From assembly GCA_030867685.1 (NCBI GenBank), contig JAQOWU010000007.1, forward strand, positions 1,922,001 through 1,986,000: a DNA stretch of 64,000 nt, in the 5' to 3' direction. This DNA comes from Wickerhamiella versatilis. Lineage: Eukaryota. A model generated the notes under the pieces. It saw only the letters and a program-made list of their open reading frames with translations. It searched no databases and was not told where the DNA came from. A program made the translations under genes and the position numbers. Shown here piece by piece: positions 1 to 13,896 of the stretch (its first letter is position 1; each line of letters starts with the position of its first letter).

Positions 1-2
1 CT

Positions 3-1082
3 TCAGAAGCGCCTACCTCCGCGTCAACTTCAACTTCTATTAGTAGTCCTCCTTCCACTTCTAGCTCAAAGCCTATCACCTATGTTTCGATTTCAAGTGC
101 TTCCAGCTATCCAGTTCCTGCATCAAGCTCGAAACATACCACCAAAGCTTCAGCCTCGAGTACCTCTAGCAAGACTGTATCAACCTTTATTCCGGAAGCG
201 AGCTCTTACACTTCAGGTTCAAGCCTCTACAGTATTCAAACTACGAAATGGATTTCTAGTGCGAAATCTGCTACCCAGACCACACCCAATACAGTTACGG
301 GAAGCTCGTATCATACTATTTCGAAGAAAAGCTCAGTTACATCTTATTATTCTCCCTCTAACAGCTTTTACAGTGAAACGGGTAGGGTTGCGGCGAGCAG
401 TGCTGTCCAAAATACTTTGACTATTTCAACATTGATAAGTGTTCGATGCAGCTCATGTCCTTCCCCAGAAACTACCACTATTGCTCTGCCAGATACAACG
501 ATAGATCTAACCAGCACCGAACTATTAACATGTACCAATGTGAGTACTATTCCTTCACAAACGGCTTCAACGACTTCGACTCACAGCACAGCAGTCTTAG
601 CCGCCTCTTCAGATACTTCTTCTACAACGGCTAAATCTGTCGAAGGACCCAACACTTCAAAAAACGACATTTATTCATGCCTGAAAACGTCCACTCTCAC
701 GACAAAGGATTCCACTGGAAGTGAAAGTCTCGTCACCTCCATTGTTAATGCTCCGTATTGTGACAGCACCGACCATTATAGCTCATATATTAGCGCAGTC
801 AGCACGGAATCTGATACAACTGTCACATTGTGGAATACCAAGAGCATCTTCGCAACAGACACCACGAGTGGTAACTGGGGCGTTGTACGGAATGCAACCA
901 TTCCTACTCCCGTGTCGCAATCTTCCACACGGATTTCATTAACAACTTCATCTACACATGAAATATCTCCTCAGCAACCGTCCTCAACAAGTATATCTTA
1001 CCCTATTGCAAACGCTGCGCAAAAATGTAGCATTCCAGTCCTAACCATGCTGGTTTCTTTCCTGCTTACCTTTTTTTCATAA
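3..1082 (+). CDS. Ser/Thr-rich putative GPI-anchored cell-wall protein or adhesin stalk, 5'-truncated by the window edge
   Basis: The frame of ORF 417..1082 is open without stops back to position 3 (SEAPTSASTSTSISSPP...). It is very S/T-rich and ends in a small-residue site plus hydrophobic tail (ANAAQKCSIPVLTMLVSFLLTFFS). Confidence 0.75.
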   Translation, partial: SEAPTSASTSTSISSPPSTSSSKPITYVSISSASSYPVPASSSKHTTKASASSTSSKTVSTFIPEASSYTSGSSLYSIQTTKWISSAKSATQTTPNTVTGSSYHTISKKSSVTSYYSPSNSFYSETGRVAASSAVQNTLTISTLISVRCSSCPSPETTTIALPDTTIDLTSTELLTCTNVSTIPSQTASTTSTHSTAVLAASSDTSSTTAKSVEGPNTSKNDIYSCLKTSTLTTKDSTGSESLVTSIVNAPYCDSTDHYSSYISAVSTESDTTVTLWNTKSIFATDTTSGNWGVVRNATIPTPVSQSSTRISLTTSSTHEISPQQPSSTSISYPIANAAQKCSIPVLTMLVSFLLTFFS

Positions 1083-1225
1083 AAAGCATAACAAAAAAGG
1101 AAGATACACACAATTTTTGGAAGCACATAGTCTATGTATTGTATTGTATAGTACTACTTAAAACTAGGTCATGGTATACAGCGTCTTATTAGAAAACAAA
1201 CTGGATACTCTCAACTATGACGTCT

Positions 1226-4021
1226 CTACAGCGAAAGTTCCTTGAATTGTTTTTCAATTGCCGCGACAGCACCATCCACACCCTGGGGCTCAGTTCCAAC
1301 ACCTTGCACGGTCTGGCCTTTTCCACCTGCTCTTCCACCAATGAATTTGCTGACACTTTGAGCAAGGTCTTGTGCCGATGGTGCAGCACTTGAGATGAAA
1401 CAACCATGTGCAATTTTATCCCCATCTTTTCCGAACAAATAAACAGTCTTATTAGCCTTCTTAGCAGCATTAAGGCCCTCTCCTAATGCCTTTGCATTAC
1501 CTTCGAGAACAATGACAGCACCCTGCTCTGCATCCGTGACCGCCTGGACAAAACGCTTGCCAGCTGCCTTCTGGGCCTGTTTAGCAGCATCCGTTATTTG
1601 CTTATGAAGTTTTGAGAAACGCTCATTTAACTTCGCCTTGTCAACGACAGAAATAGACAAGGGCTTCAATTCCGCACCGAGTTTCTTGGCATGAGCTTCA
1701 GAGGGATCACGCTCTAGCTCGTCAATTTTTTCTTCCCAAGCTTTAGCGAGACGTTGAATCTCATGAGCATCACTGCCAGTGACTGCAACAATACGACGGA
1801 TTCCCTTAGCAATACCAGACTCTTCGATAATAACGAGATCTCTGATATCATTAGTAGATTTAACGTGTGTGCCACCACAGAATTCAATAGAATATTCATG
1901 CCATTTAGGGTTTTTCGGATCAGCTAGCATGTCTTCCACCGTTGCACCAATGGCTACTACACGCACAGGATCTGGGTATGTCTCTCCAAATACTGCTCGA
2001 ACCCCGCAAATCTCATGCGCTTGAGCCAAGGGTACATCAAGGGAATGTACTGGCGCATTCTTTCGAATGTATTCGGTACAAATGGCCTCAACCTTGAAGA
2101 TTTCTTCCAATGCTACTGCCTGCCGATGACTGAAATCAAAACGGAGACGGTTTTCAGCCACCAGCGAACCTTTTTGATCGACAGCATCGCCAAGAACTTC
2201 GCGGAGCCCAAAATTGAGAACGTGAGTACCAGTGTGGTTACCCTTCAATCTAGAACGGCGTATAGAATCAGGTCCTGACACGATTTTCTGACCCGTATGC
2301 AGGGAACCATATTTCATATAGCCTGTATGTAGGACATACCCACCATATGACTGCACATTTTCGACCTCAAATTCAGCCTCACCATCTATTATAATCTTTC
2401 CTGTATCGTATTCTTGGCCACCCGATTCGGCATACATGTTTGTCTTGTCAAGCAATATACCACCCTCGTCACCCTCTTTGAGTTCCTGCGTGAAACCCTT
2501 AGGGCTGACCATTTTCAAGATAGTGGCTTCAATGTCAGCATCAATGTATTTAAATGAATCATCTGTGCGTGAAACATCAGTGGAGGAGAGCTCTGATATC
2601 TGATGGACATCAAGCTTCAATTGATCTTTCTGGGCTGTTTTCTTGCCTTTAGAAGCCTCGCGTGAAGCAGCTTGCGCGGCAGCAAATGCTTCTTCATCGA
2701 TTCCAAGCCCTGTTTCCTCCGCCATTAGACGGGTGAGATCAACTGGAAAGCCAAATGTGTCATAGAGTCGCCAAACCTCTTTACCATCTAATTGATTTAG
2801 GCCTTGAGCCTTGGCTTTAGCAGCGTACTGCTCGAAAAGACGTTCTCCACGATCCAAGGTACGGGAAAACGATGCTTCTTCTTCGTCAAGGAGCTCCTTA
2901 ATGTCCTGCTGGCGTGCCTCAATTTCAGGAAACTGGTCACCAACTTGTTCAATTAATGTAGGTACAATACGCGAGAAAAAGGAGCCGATGGGAACATCAA
3001 GGCGCTTGCGAACGTAACGTGCACCACGTCGAAGTATACGACGAAGCACGTACCCACGGCCATCATTATTAGGCACACCGCCATCAGCCAAAGCAAATGT
3101 CAGGGTTCGTACATGATCTGCGATGACACGATAGGCGGTATCAATACCATCTACATCTTCATCACCAAATTTTCCGGAGTAGGGGCGGACACCTGAAAGC
3201 TCCTGGATGCGATCGAAGAGAGGCGTGAAAACATCAGTATCATAGTTTGAGCTTTTGTCTTGGAGTACGCTCACAAGACGCTCAAATCCCATACCTGTAT
3301 CGATATGCTTGGAAGGCAGCGGTCTAAGTGATCCATCAGATTCGCGGTTATATTGCATGAAAACCAAGTTCCAAATCTCTAGGACATCGGGATCATCCAT
3401 GTTCACTAGAGAGGCCGCATTCCGCCCACCAATTCTATCGTAATGAATTTCCGAGCATGGCCCACAGGGACCCTGGTCACCCATCTCCCAGAAGTTATCC
3501 TTGTAATCGCCCACAAGGATATGGTCTTCCGCCACACCAAGATCAAGCCAAGCCTGTTTGGCCTCCAGATCAGGTTCTAATCCTAGGGATGGCTCACCAG
3601 CAAAGTAGGTAACATAAAGACGGGATGGGTCCAGCCCATACACACCGGTTAGCAGATCCCATGCAAATTTGGCCGCACCCACCTTAAAATAGTCACCAAA
3701 TGACCAGTTACCAAGCATTTCGAAAAAAGTGTGATGATAGGAGTCTCTACCAACATCTTCAAGATCATTATGTTTCCCGCCTGCACGTATGCACTTTTGG
3801 GAATTTACCGCACGTTTGAGCCCTTCAAATGGAGAACCGGGGGCTACAGTCCCAAGAAATATTGGCTTGTACTGGTTCATACCAGCGTTGGCAAACAAAA
3901 GCGTGGGATCCTCATACGGTATCACTGAAGATGAAGGCACAAACGTATGTGCACGTTGCTTGAAATAGTCAAGGAACGTTTTGCGGACAGTTTGAGCTGT
4001 CCAGCTAGGGGAAGAAGACAT
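1226..4021 (-). CDS. ALA1: Alanyl-tRNA synthetase
   Basis: [47 protein letters not shown], editing-domain HTGTH and EFCGGTH motifs; 931 aa. Confidence 0.98.
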   Translation of the reverse strand: MSSSPSWTAQTVRKTFLDYFKQRAHTFVPSSSVIPYEDPTLLFANAGMNQYKPIFLGTVAPGSPFEGLKRAVNSQKCIRAGGKHNDLEDVGRDSYHHTFFEMLGNWSFGDYFKVGAAKFAWDLLTGVYGLDPSRLYVTYFAGEPSLGLEPDLEAKQAWLDLGVAEDHILVGDYKDNFWEMGDQGPCGPCSEIHYDRIGGRNAASLVNMDDPDVLEIWNLVFMQYNRESDGSLRPLPSKHIDTGMGFERLVSVLQDKSSNYDTDVFTPLFDRIQELSGVRPYSGKFGDEDVDGIDTAYRVIADHVRTLTFALADGGVPNNDGRGYVLRRILRRGARYVRKRLDVPIGSFFSRIVPTLIEQVGDQFPEIEARQQDIKELLDEEEASFSRTLDRGERLFEQYAAKAKAQGLNQLDGKEVWRLYDTFGFPVDLTRLMAEETGLGIDEEAFAAAQAASREASKGKKTAQKDQLKLDVHQISELSSTDVSRTDDSFKYIDADIEATILKMVSPKGFTQELKEGDEGGILLDKTNMYAESGGQEYDTGKIIIDGEAEFEVENVQSYGGYVLHTGYMKYGSLHTGQKIVSGPDSIRRSRLKGNHTGTHVLNFGLREVLGDAVDQKGSLVAENRLRFDFSHRQAVALEEIFKVEAICTEYIRKNAPVHSLDVPLAQAHEICGVRAVFGETYPDPVRVVAIGATVEDMLADPKNPKWHEYSIEFCGGTHVKSTNDIRDLVIIEESGIAKGIRRIVAVTGSDAHEIQRLAKAWEEKIDELERDPSEAHAKKLGAELKPLSISVVDKAKLNERFSKLHKQITDAAKQAQKAAGKRFVQAVTDAEQGAVIVLEGNAKALGEGLNAAKKANKTVYLFGKDGDKIAHGCFISSAAPSAQDLAQSVSKFIGGRAGGKGQTVQGVGTEPQGVDGAVAAIEKQFKELSL

Positions 4022-4496
4022 ACTGACTAAGTATTATTCTTCATGATTTTATGAGTCGTGACCGACTATCGACTCAGCTATAGGGGTATATAAATGGATT
4101 TTTAAGAGTGGTATAGTGAAATTAATGGAGATAGAATGGACTCAGACCTATCTAGTTCAGGACCAAGCTGGAAATATCTTTTCATGTCTAGCCATAGGTT
4201 TTTACCTTAGAGATACATACTGTACCCGTGCTGATTTATTTTCTAATAACAGAGCTATATTAATTATACTTATACTTTAGCTGAAAATGCGTGTAGGCTC
4301 TAACGGCACTACAAAGATAGACAGGATCTGAGCCTAATTTAAAAATGATCCGACAACTGAAATAAAACTCAGTCCATGACTTTTTATTCTAGTACTATGC
4401 CATCAACACTCTCTTGTCACACGACAAAACTAGTGAAGGGAAAAGTTGTCCTAACCCTACCGTTCTCTACCCGAGCCAATCGTGGCAGATTCAATT

Positions 4497-5924
4497 ATGT
4501 TCATTCGTGCAGCACTTTCTAGGCTTCAGCTGCCTCGGATTGCTGCTCAAAATTTCGCACCTCTTCGAAGTAGTGGATTGACGAAATGTGGATTGACAAA
4601 ATATGCGTCGTCTTCAAAGTTTCTTCTTAGCGGAGGCTTGACACGCACTTTCGCTTCCGGACGCAAGATAGCTAACAGCGCTACAAATCTAGGATTTGGT
4701 GGTGCTGTACTGCGGCCACAAATGATTGGCAAACCTCGAGTAGTTAGCTCGCGTGGTGTAGGGATTTGGCTGATGCTAAGTGCTGCAGCTGTTTTCGGCA
4801 TTGTTGTTCTTGGTGGGCTCACCCGTCTGACAGAAAGCGGTCTTAGTATCACTGAGTGGAGACCTCTTACAGGCAGCTTACCCCCCATGTCTCAGGATGA
4901 TTGGATGCATGAATTTGCACTGTATAAAGAAAGTCCAGAATTCAAGGAACTGAACTCGGATATCACACTGGAGGAATTTAAATTCATCTATTATATGGAG
5001 TGGAGCCACCGTTTGTGGGGTAGGGCTATAGGCTTGCTAGTTCTCCTTCCAGGACTGTACTTTGTCCTCAAGCGGCGAACAAGTCCATCCACAAACCGTA
5101 AGCTTTTGGCTATTTCGGGCCTACTTGCTCTGCAGGGATTTGTAGGATGGTGGATGGTTAAATCTGGTCTTGATAAAGCTAATCTTGCGGCCCGTAAGGA
5201 CACTCAGCCGCGTGTCAGTCATTATCGTCTGGCAACGCACTTGGGCCTCGCACTTCTACTGTATACCTTCATGACTTTCGAGGGACTACGGATACTGCGG
5301 GCTAATAAGGCTTTAAAGAACCCGGTAAAAGCACTTACAGATCTGAAATTGCTCGAGAGTCCACTTGCCACCCCAGTGCGCCGTTTCGCTGCAGCGTTGC
5401 TTGGGCTTGGTTTGCTCACTTCTCTGAGTGGCTCATTTGTTGCTGGATTGGATGCAGGCCTCTTGTACAACCAGTTCCCTCTAATGGGTAATGGTCTCAT
5501 ACCATCAAGCAGAGAGCTCTTTGACAAACGTTACGCGCGCGGTGAATCCATAATAATAGGAAATCTTCTCGATAACCCTGTGACTGTGCAATTGGTCCAC
5601 CGCATCCTGGCTACGACTACGTGGACTCTATGCTTAGCATTCTTCCTCTATGCGCGGAAGCGGAGGGTCTTGTTGCCTGCCAATGTCTTTAAAGGAGCTC
5701 ATGGTGTGTTTGGTTTTGCAACCTTGCAAGCAGCCATTGGTATAACTACATTGATATATGTGGCACCCATCCCGCTCGCCGCATCTCATCAGGCTGGAGC
5801 GATGGCATTCTTGACAACTTTAATTATTCTAGTTAGCAGACTGTCGCTTCCGCGACCTCAATTGCGCAAGTTGATCAATTTAATGGCGCAGAAGGCACAG
5901 CAAGCAGCGGCAACCGTTAAATAG
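4497..5924 (+). CDS. COX15: Heme A synthase
   Basis: GGLTRLTESGLSITEW, EWSHRLWGR, VSHYRLATH and HQAG motifs. First ATG at 4497 begins an Arg-rich mitochondrial presequence. Confidence 0.96.
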   Translation: MFIRAALSRLQLPRIAAQNFAPLRSSGLTKCGLTKYASSSKFLLSGGLTRTFASGRKIANSATNLGFGGAVLRPQMIGKPRVVSSRGVGIWLMLSAAAVFGIVVLGGLTRLTESGLSITEWRPLTGSLPPMSQDDWMHEFALYKESPEFKELNSDITLEEFKFIYYMEWSHRLWGRAIGLLVLLPGLYFVLKRRTSPSTNRKLLAISGLLALQGFVGWWMVKSGLDKANLAARKDTQPRVSHYRLATHLGLALLLYTFMTFEGLRILRANKALKNPVKALTDLKLLESPLATPVRRFAAALLGLGLLTSLSGSFVAGLDAGLLYNQFPLMGNGLIPSSRELFDKRYARGESIIIGNLLDNPVTVQLVHRILATTTWTLCLAFFLYARKRRVLLPANVFKGAHGVFGFATLQAAIGITTLIYVAPIPLAASHQAGAMAFLTTLIILVSRLSLPRPQLRKLINLMAQKAQQAAATVK

Positions 5925-5969
5925 GAAAGATGTATATAAACTGGTAATTGATCTAATCGAATTGAAATA

Positions 5970-7142
5970 TTAATGTTTTTTGGGTGATGAGGGGTATGCA
6001 AAGCTATCTTCCCGCCTGATCACTCCAAGTTGCTTCACCCTTTGGGTCGAATAGTCAAAAAGATATACTCCCAAAAGAAGCTTTGCGAAAAGAAGGGTAA
6101 ACCACAGTGTAAACAGGCGGCTATATGAGATTGAGGGATTTTTCACTAGCACGCACACAGATACCACTACCAGAGGGAGGACTGGTAGACTACTGCGCCG
6201 CATCATTAAGTGGCGAGAGCTGAGTTGTTTATGTGTATGAAAATCGCTCATGATTATTTTCAAGAACTTTGTATAAAGCATCTCTGGGGAATGACCGTTG
6301 AAATTCGTTATATATGCATGCTTGAGATAATCTACAAGGGTTGTAGAAACAAGAAGGAAAAGAGCAGCTCTAAAGAGATTTGATGTGCAGCAAGAGCTTT
6401 CCACTATTGATCGCGACATTATCATAAAAACCATAATGATCATCTGAAATCTTTGTGTGATGTCTTCGCATGTAAGTTGAAATAGTTTTTCGGCATCAAA
6501 AGTCTTGAAAACAGCACTTTTGATCTCACCAACCTGTGATGTTAACAATAATGATAACATTGAGTTGGAGCCAGAATTTACAGTAAGATTAAGCGTGGCT
6601 AGCTGCCAAAGAAGGATAAAGCTGTGAAATACACAATATGCAAATGCGACAAGCCCGTAAACAGAGACTTTAAGTACCGAGCTATCGTAGGATACTGAAA
6701 CTAGGCATTCAAGAATGTCCTGACCAAAGACACAACAAACCTTGTCAACAACCTCAAATATACTGAACAGGGCGTACAGGGTTATACCACCTTGTCCTCG
6801 AAGTGCGTAATAAACTTGACTTAAATTCACGTGTAGAAGACAACCCATGGATAGTATCATTAGCAGGCCTCGAGCAATATCAGACCACTGACTTGGCTTC
6901 CAACTTCGCGGGGTCAAAAAGCAACACAATGCCAAGAGAAACCTCAATGGCAATATGGTCATTACATGGAGGAAAGAGTCAAGACACACCAGAGTACCCG
7001 ACATAAGGACCCGTTCCACGTGGCAAGGTGTGGAGACGAACCTTCGCAATGCTTGTTCTCTATCTATCCCGACATCCGTAGATGGGACCTCAATTTCTGC
7101 AACTAGGTGTGCCCATAATCGCGTTACGATCCCGGTGCCCAT
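5970..7142 (-). CDS. EMP65: TAPT1/Emp65-family ER membrane protein (start 7142 preferred; 7178 possible)
   Basis: CLDSFLHVMTILPLR, FEVVDKVCCVFGQDILE, EIKSAVFKTFDAEKLFQLTCEDITQRF and VDYLKHAYITNFN match the TAPT1 family. Confidence 0.85.
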   Translation of the reverse strand: MGTGIVTRLWAHLVAEIEVPSTDVGIDREQALRRFVSTPCHVERVLMSGTLVCLDSFLHVMTILPLRFLLALCCFLTPRSWKPSQWSDIARGLLMILSMGCLLHVNLSQVYYALRGQGGITLYALFSIFEVVDKVCCVFGQDILECLVSVSYDSSVLKVSVYGLVAFAYCVFHSFILLWQLATLNLTVNSGSNSMLSLLLTSQVGEIKSAVFKTFDAEKLFQLTCEDITQRFQMIIMVFMIMSRSIVESSCCTSNLFRAALFLLVSTTLVDYLKHAYITNFNGHSPEMLYTKFLKIIMSDFHTHKQLSSRHLMMRRSSLPVLPLVVVSVCVLVKNPSISYSRLFTLWFTLLFAKLLLGVYLFDYSTQRVKQLGVIRREDSFAYPSSPKKH

Positions 7143-7176
7143 TACGTGACCGGAGAAGAGAAGAAGTTGGACACCC

Positions 7177-8094
7177 ATGGGGCCACCTGTGCCCCCTCAG
7201 GCGATACGAAGTGTATATCGTGCTATTGCACGTCACTGCCTACGACTTAATAGTGATGGTCGTAGGATTTTGGTTGAAACAAAATCACAATTTATTCGGC
7301 GCAGGAAGGGTGCGAAAATTGGTCACGTGCGAGCAGCTTATAGCCTTGAAGCAGGCCTTCGTGATGTTTGTGCGGGCAGAATGACTCTAGTTGCTTTGCG
7401 AGAGAAATTCACATCTAATAAGAAGAATCAAATGGAAGTCAATGCGGAAGCTCGTTACTTTCTTTGGAGGCAGCATGAAAGTCGTCGATTAGACGACTAT
7501 AATAGGGTACCACAAACCCCTAATGACCATCAAGAGGTCACGCGGAGGTCTAAAATTGCAAACTTACGGGCCAACTATTTGAGAGCCCGATCTTTGAATG
7601 GTCGTAATATAGTGGCAGTCGACACCATTTTTGCACCGCACTGGTACAAGGTCTATCATGATAAGCAAATAACAGAGGACGAAGAGCGCCGCAAAAATCC
7701 ACGAAGAGTGGAAATAAAGTCAATTTTACGCGTTGGTGGGGCATTGAGCCTCATACGTGTACAGGGCATTAAGATGTTCCCACATGGATTTCGCCGTCAT
7801 CTTCAGGAAGTGAATCGCGATTGGGGTAAAAAGTTGGTAAAAGCATCTCACCAAATAAATATTGCGAGCGGTTACGTGCTGGAGGATGCATCATGGATAC
7901 CTTGGTTAGAGTATCTTAAGTCGTGGCGACGGAATCTTGTTCAGCAACAAAGGGAATACAGCATGAAACTTCAGGTACATCACCAAATACTGGTTCGTAG
8001 ACAACAAGAGATGCAGCGTGCATGGGATTGGCAGCATAGAAGAAAACATGTGCCTGTCAAACAGCCACTCAGGCTCAAGAGTTTAAAACAATAG
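7177..8094 (+). CDS. Basic putative mitochondrial LYR-like protein, possibly Rrg1-like
   Basis: 305-aa ORF with N-terminal RSVYRAIARH (LYR-like) and a later EDASWIPWLE segment reminiscent of Rrg1; resemblance by eye only. Confidence 0.5.
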   Translation: MGPPVPPQAIRSVYRAIARHCLRLNSDGRRILVETKSQFIRRRKGAKIGHVRAAYSLEAGLRDVCAGRMTLVALREKFTSNKKNQMEVNAEARYFLWRQHESRRLDDYNRVPQTPNDHQEVTRRSKIANLRANYLRARSLNGRNIVAVDTIFAPHWYKVYHDKQITEDEERRKNPRRVEIKSILRVGGALSLIRVQGIKMFPHGFRRHLQEVNRDWGKKLVKASHQINIASGYVLEDASWIPWLEYLKSWRRNLVQQQREYSMKLQVHHQILVRRQQEMQRAWDWQHRRKHVPVKQPLRLKSLKQ

Positions 8095-8235
8095 TCAACC
8101 TATGTAGAGCTTCTGGCATAATTTAATATAGCATTATAAAGGATACTTATGTTCATATAAATAAAGGTATATACATACAAATCTTTTCTAGAGCCCACAA
8201 GGAGTATCGTAAAACAACATCAACTTTCCGCTCTA

Positions 8236-8835
8236 TCATGGTGGATTCTCGCTAATGGAAAGAGAAGCCAGGCTTTCATCAGGTTCATTCAAAGCAAGAC
8301 CATCTATTCCAGAAGTAATATCTTTGGTAGATTTGATTAGCTCTGAGATAACCTGAGCAATAGGTTTCTGTTCAGTACGAGCTATCTTAAGAACTTCATG
8401 AAGCAACATGATTTCATTTTCATAATGCATATGCCCAAAGGGAAGATATGTCACATCCCTACGCGTACAAAGGTGTTCCGAACTGAGTTGAGCACGATAA
8501 AAAGCTGAAGCCTGGTAACAATTTGGGGAGCAGTAATGTTTCTTCCACACCTCAACAGGATTTCCGCCCCTACCTTGTTGGCGTATATTTCCCCTTGCAT
8601 CCCTGAGATAATTTGCACACAGAGGATACCCACAGCGACTATTTACTGTTCTTTCAGTTACTAGCTCGTCATAGTCCACAGGTGTGAAAAACCTTGCAAG
8701 ATAACGCATTGCGTCACAATCTATTGGATCCACAGCTAGAATGATAAGATGAAGGACCAAATTAGAAGCCTGAGAACGTGTTATTAGGCCACGAGGATGC
8801 GAACCAAGTATACGGTCTACTGCTTCAACAGACAT
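8236..8835 (-). CDS. RTR1: RNA Pol II CTD phosphatase, Rtr1/RPAP2 family
   Basis: DYDELVTER...CGYPLC...YCSPNCYQAS zinc motif. Confidence 0.9.
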   Translation of the reverse strand: MSVEAVDRILGSHPRGLITRSQASNLVLHLIILAVDPIDCDAMRYLARFFTPVDYDELVTERTVNSRCGYPLCANYLRDARGNIRQQGRGGNPVEVWKKHYCSPNCYQASAFYRAQLSSEHLCTRRDVTYLPFGHMHYENEIMLLHEVLKIARTEQKPIAQVISELIKSTKDITSGIDGLALNEPDESLASLSISENPP

Positions 8836-9423
8836 AGCATGCTTTGGTTATAGTACGTATATCAGATTAGTCACCATTTAAGACTGATCAGGAAACTTCG
8901 AACTTATTGACGATTGTAAGAGGAGCTTTTACTATGGCATGATGGTGCCAAGGATAAAGAATTATCCCCATATGTACAGCCAATTTTTTCGTCTAGTAGT
9001 CAACATGCTGGGTAGTCAAAATTGCAAGATGGCTATGCCCTAGGCGAGTGGTTGAAACTGTGTCTGTATGCAGATACACACATACATTGCTTTAATATCA
9101 TTAAGTATACAAATCCATTGCAATGTATTGTCATTTGATTGTGTTGTCTTTTATCCGTAAAGAGATGTCTTGAAAGCAGCTCTTGAATGCTATATTTAAG
9201 CTATCAAGACAATCATCGTTGTAACCTTGAAGGTTGATTCATCGCATAACAAAGCCCTGCATATAAGGATGACGAAATAGTGAGAATGAAAATTCTCCAC
9301 CGACGGTCGCATGAGAGGGACGTGCCTCCAAGCGTGTTGGGCGTGTCCTATTTGGTCAAGTCCAGTGTCTCTAATGCAGTTGAGCCTTCCTAACATGGGA
9401 ACTACCATTATAGGTAGCTATAA

Positions 9424-11691
<2,268 letters not shown>

Positions 11692-11910
11692 ATCAGCATT
11701 TAGCATTGGTAGTACACGAAACAAGAGCTCAATATAAAACCCACAATTTATAGTTAAAAATATTTTCAAAGATTTATGATAATAATCGATTTCTATCTGA
11801 CAACGTCATACTGTAAAAAGTTGAAGTCAATTCAACATTTAGAAAAAAATCTATATCTATGGGGCTTTAGATTGTTTACAAAGGCCACCACAATCCCGGT
11901 AGTCGGAAAA

Positions 11911-13242
11911 TCATGATGGAGGAGGAGGTACATCATTTCCCATTCCATCCATAGCACAAGTCTGCTGATGCACTCCAGAAAAGGAGTCAGAAATGTACTT
12001 GATAGCATCCTGGACAGCTTGATTCGAGGGACTATGACCCATACTACCGTACCGGCGATAAACCACTGGAACTCCCTGATGGCAGTAGTTGTCCACAAAT
12101 TGATCGATGTCACCAACAGGTACCGTCTGATCGTTTTCTCCATGTCCAATCATAAGAGGAAACTTTGGAGCATGCTGGCCCAAGCTATTAGCGGAGTAAG
12201 TCTGATTCATGGAGGGAATTGTCTGAAACAAGTTTTGACTATTAGAGAAATAGGTAAACACATTTTGGCCGAGGAATCTGAGTAGTCCGGCGCTGCCACA
12301 GACGTTTTCAGCGGATAAGAACAGATTCCGACGGACGTCAGAAACCAATACTTTTTGAAGGGATGATCCCAATTCAGGATATGCGTTGCTCATCCCTAAT
12401 AATGATGTGACTGCATATCCCGATAATGGGCTTTCATTGACCGAATTAAACCAACTTTGCAGGTTCGGCATTATTGCTTGCACAGCAGCACTTGTAATAT
12501 TGAGTTCAGGCGCATATTCAGCAGCCAATTCTGCCGCAAACTCAGTGGCATACCCACCGGATCCTGAGCCATACAATGCTAGTTGCCATGGTCCTTCACC
12601 GACATCAGAGCGAAGTCTGCTGAGTCTAGATAAGGCTTTAAGCCCATTCAAGACATTACGCCCGGAAATTTCTCCTACGGTGTAAGCAGATTTAGGACCA
12701 AGGTGATCCGGAAGTAACACCACAAAGCCATTGGACAAAAGAGTACTGACAACTTGATTTGTTCCCTGTGTTAAGAGGGAGTAGCTTGGGGAGCAGTTTT
12801 CACTGACTGAATCCTCACTCATTTGGTAACTTACAACCTGATTGCCTCTCTTTCTTGCGGGAAGCAAAACTGTCATTACAGCTGAAGAGGGATTATGATC
12901 ATTGTCCTCAGACCTGTAGACAACTTGATACGCCCTTTGAAGGTCATATCCTGATGGACCAACATACCGCCACTTTACTATACTCCCAAGAGGATAACTA
13001 GGAAGCTCTGTTGTATTCACCCTGTAGAACAAATCTGAGGATGGCTCTTCAGGACTTTGGCCAGGCTGAAATACCCAGGATCCTTGATTAGAAGTTTGTG
13101 GGTTGTTAGCGCTGCTCGAGGAAGTACTGCGAGAAGTTGTGGATACGAGTGCAGTGGTGTGATGCTGATGGGTGGTGAGACTACTGTTCGAAGCGCTCTG
13201 GGCAAGCACAAATGTTGCGAGGTAGCAAATAGACGTTAGCAT
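11911..13242 (-). CDS. Secretory lipase, LIP/CalA-like family, with atypical nucleophile motif
   Basis: Signal peptide from ATG 13242. AYQVVYRS, VVSYQMSEDS-CSPSY, LPDHLGP, GRNVLNG, HGENDQTVP and YCHQG motifs. The expected GYSGG reads YGSGSGG. Confidence 0.85.
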   Translation of the reverse strand: MLTSICYLATFVLAQSASNSSLTTHQHHTTALVSTTSRSTSSSSANNPQTSNQGSWVFQPGQSPEEPSSDLFYRVNTTELPSYPLGSIVKWRYVGPSGYDLQRAYQVVYRSEDNDHNPSSAVMTVLLPARKRGNQVVSYQMSEDSVSENCSPSYSLLTQGTNQVVSTLLSNGFVVLLPDHLGPKSAYTVGEISGRNVLNGLKALSRLSRLRSDVGEGPWQLALYGSGSGGYATEFAAELAAEYAPELNITSAAVQAIMPNLQSWFNSVNESPLSGYAVTSLLGMSNAYPELGSSLQKVLVSDVRRNLFLSAENVCGSAGLLRFLGQNVFTYFSNSQNLFQTIPSMNQTYSANSLGQHAPKFPLMIGHGENDQTVPVGDIDQFVDNYCHQGVPVVYRRYGSMGHSPSNQAVQDAIKYISDSFSGVHQQTCAMDGMGNDVPPPPS

Positions 13243-13896
13243 TATAGGCAAATAGCAGAGCAATTGCGATCCATATATACTTTTTAGAGTCCTAAAGCAT
13301 AACTCAGTTTATCATGAAGTTATAGTTTATGCGCCCACACCAGAGTTAACTCCGAAAAAACTCGAGGTACTTCAAGAGCACATTCCACGTTCCTGGGTTT
13401 TTCTGCCAGGCTTGATCTCCTCCATCACCAGGCCCAAGAACTCTCTATGGGGTTGAGAAAGCCGGGCAGAAATAGGAGTAGATATGTAATGCTTTATGTA
13501 AACATGTCTCTTTATGCCAACGATGCCTGGGCATTACGTCATACTTGCAACGCTAGACTTTGGAGAAGCATCCACTACATTTTTTGTAAATTTATACATA
13601 TTAGATATTAGTTTGGCAGCTCTCAATATCTCGTTAACATTTGCTAAATGCAATTGGGTCAAAACATTTAAGGTGGAGCTGCGACGATCCACGTGACTTC
13701 ACCCTAGTAGATAAAGCACCTGCCTAAATTAGTTCCACATTTGTGATGAAAATCTAACTGGGTACCAGCACCTCTGCTATAATTGGCATTCATAACTAAC
13801 GATCTACAGTGTTAGATCATACCCCAACCCAGAATTCCCCAGTGACTTTACATAACATCGAGCCGCGTCGTAATTACTTGTCTTTCACATTGTTGA

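Noticed and set aside
13791..13809. ACTAAC..CAG upstream of UGP1
   Set aside because: No convincing 5' splice site upstream.
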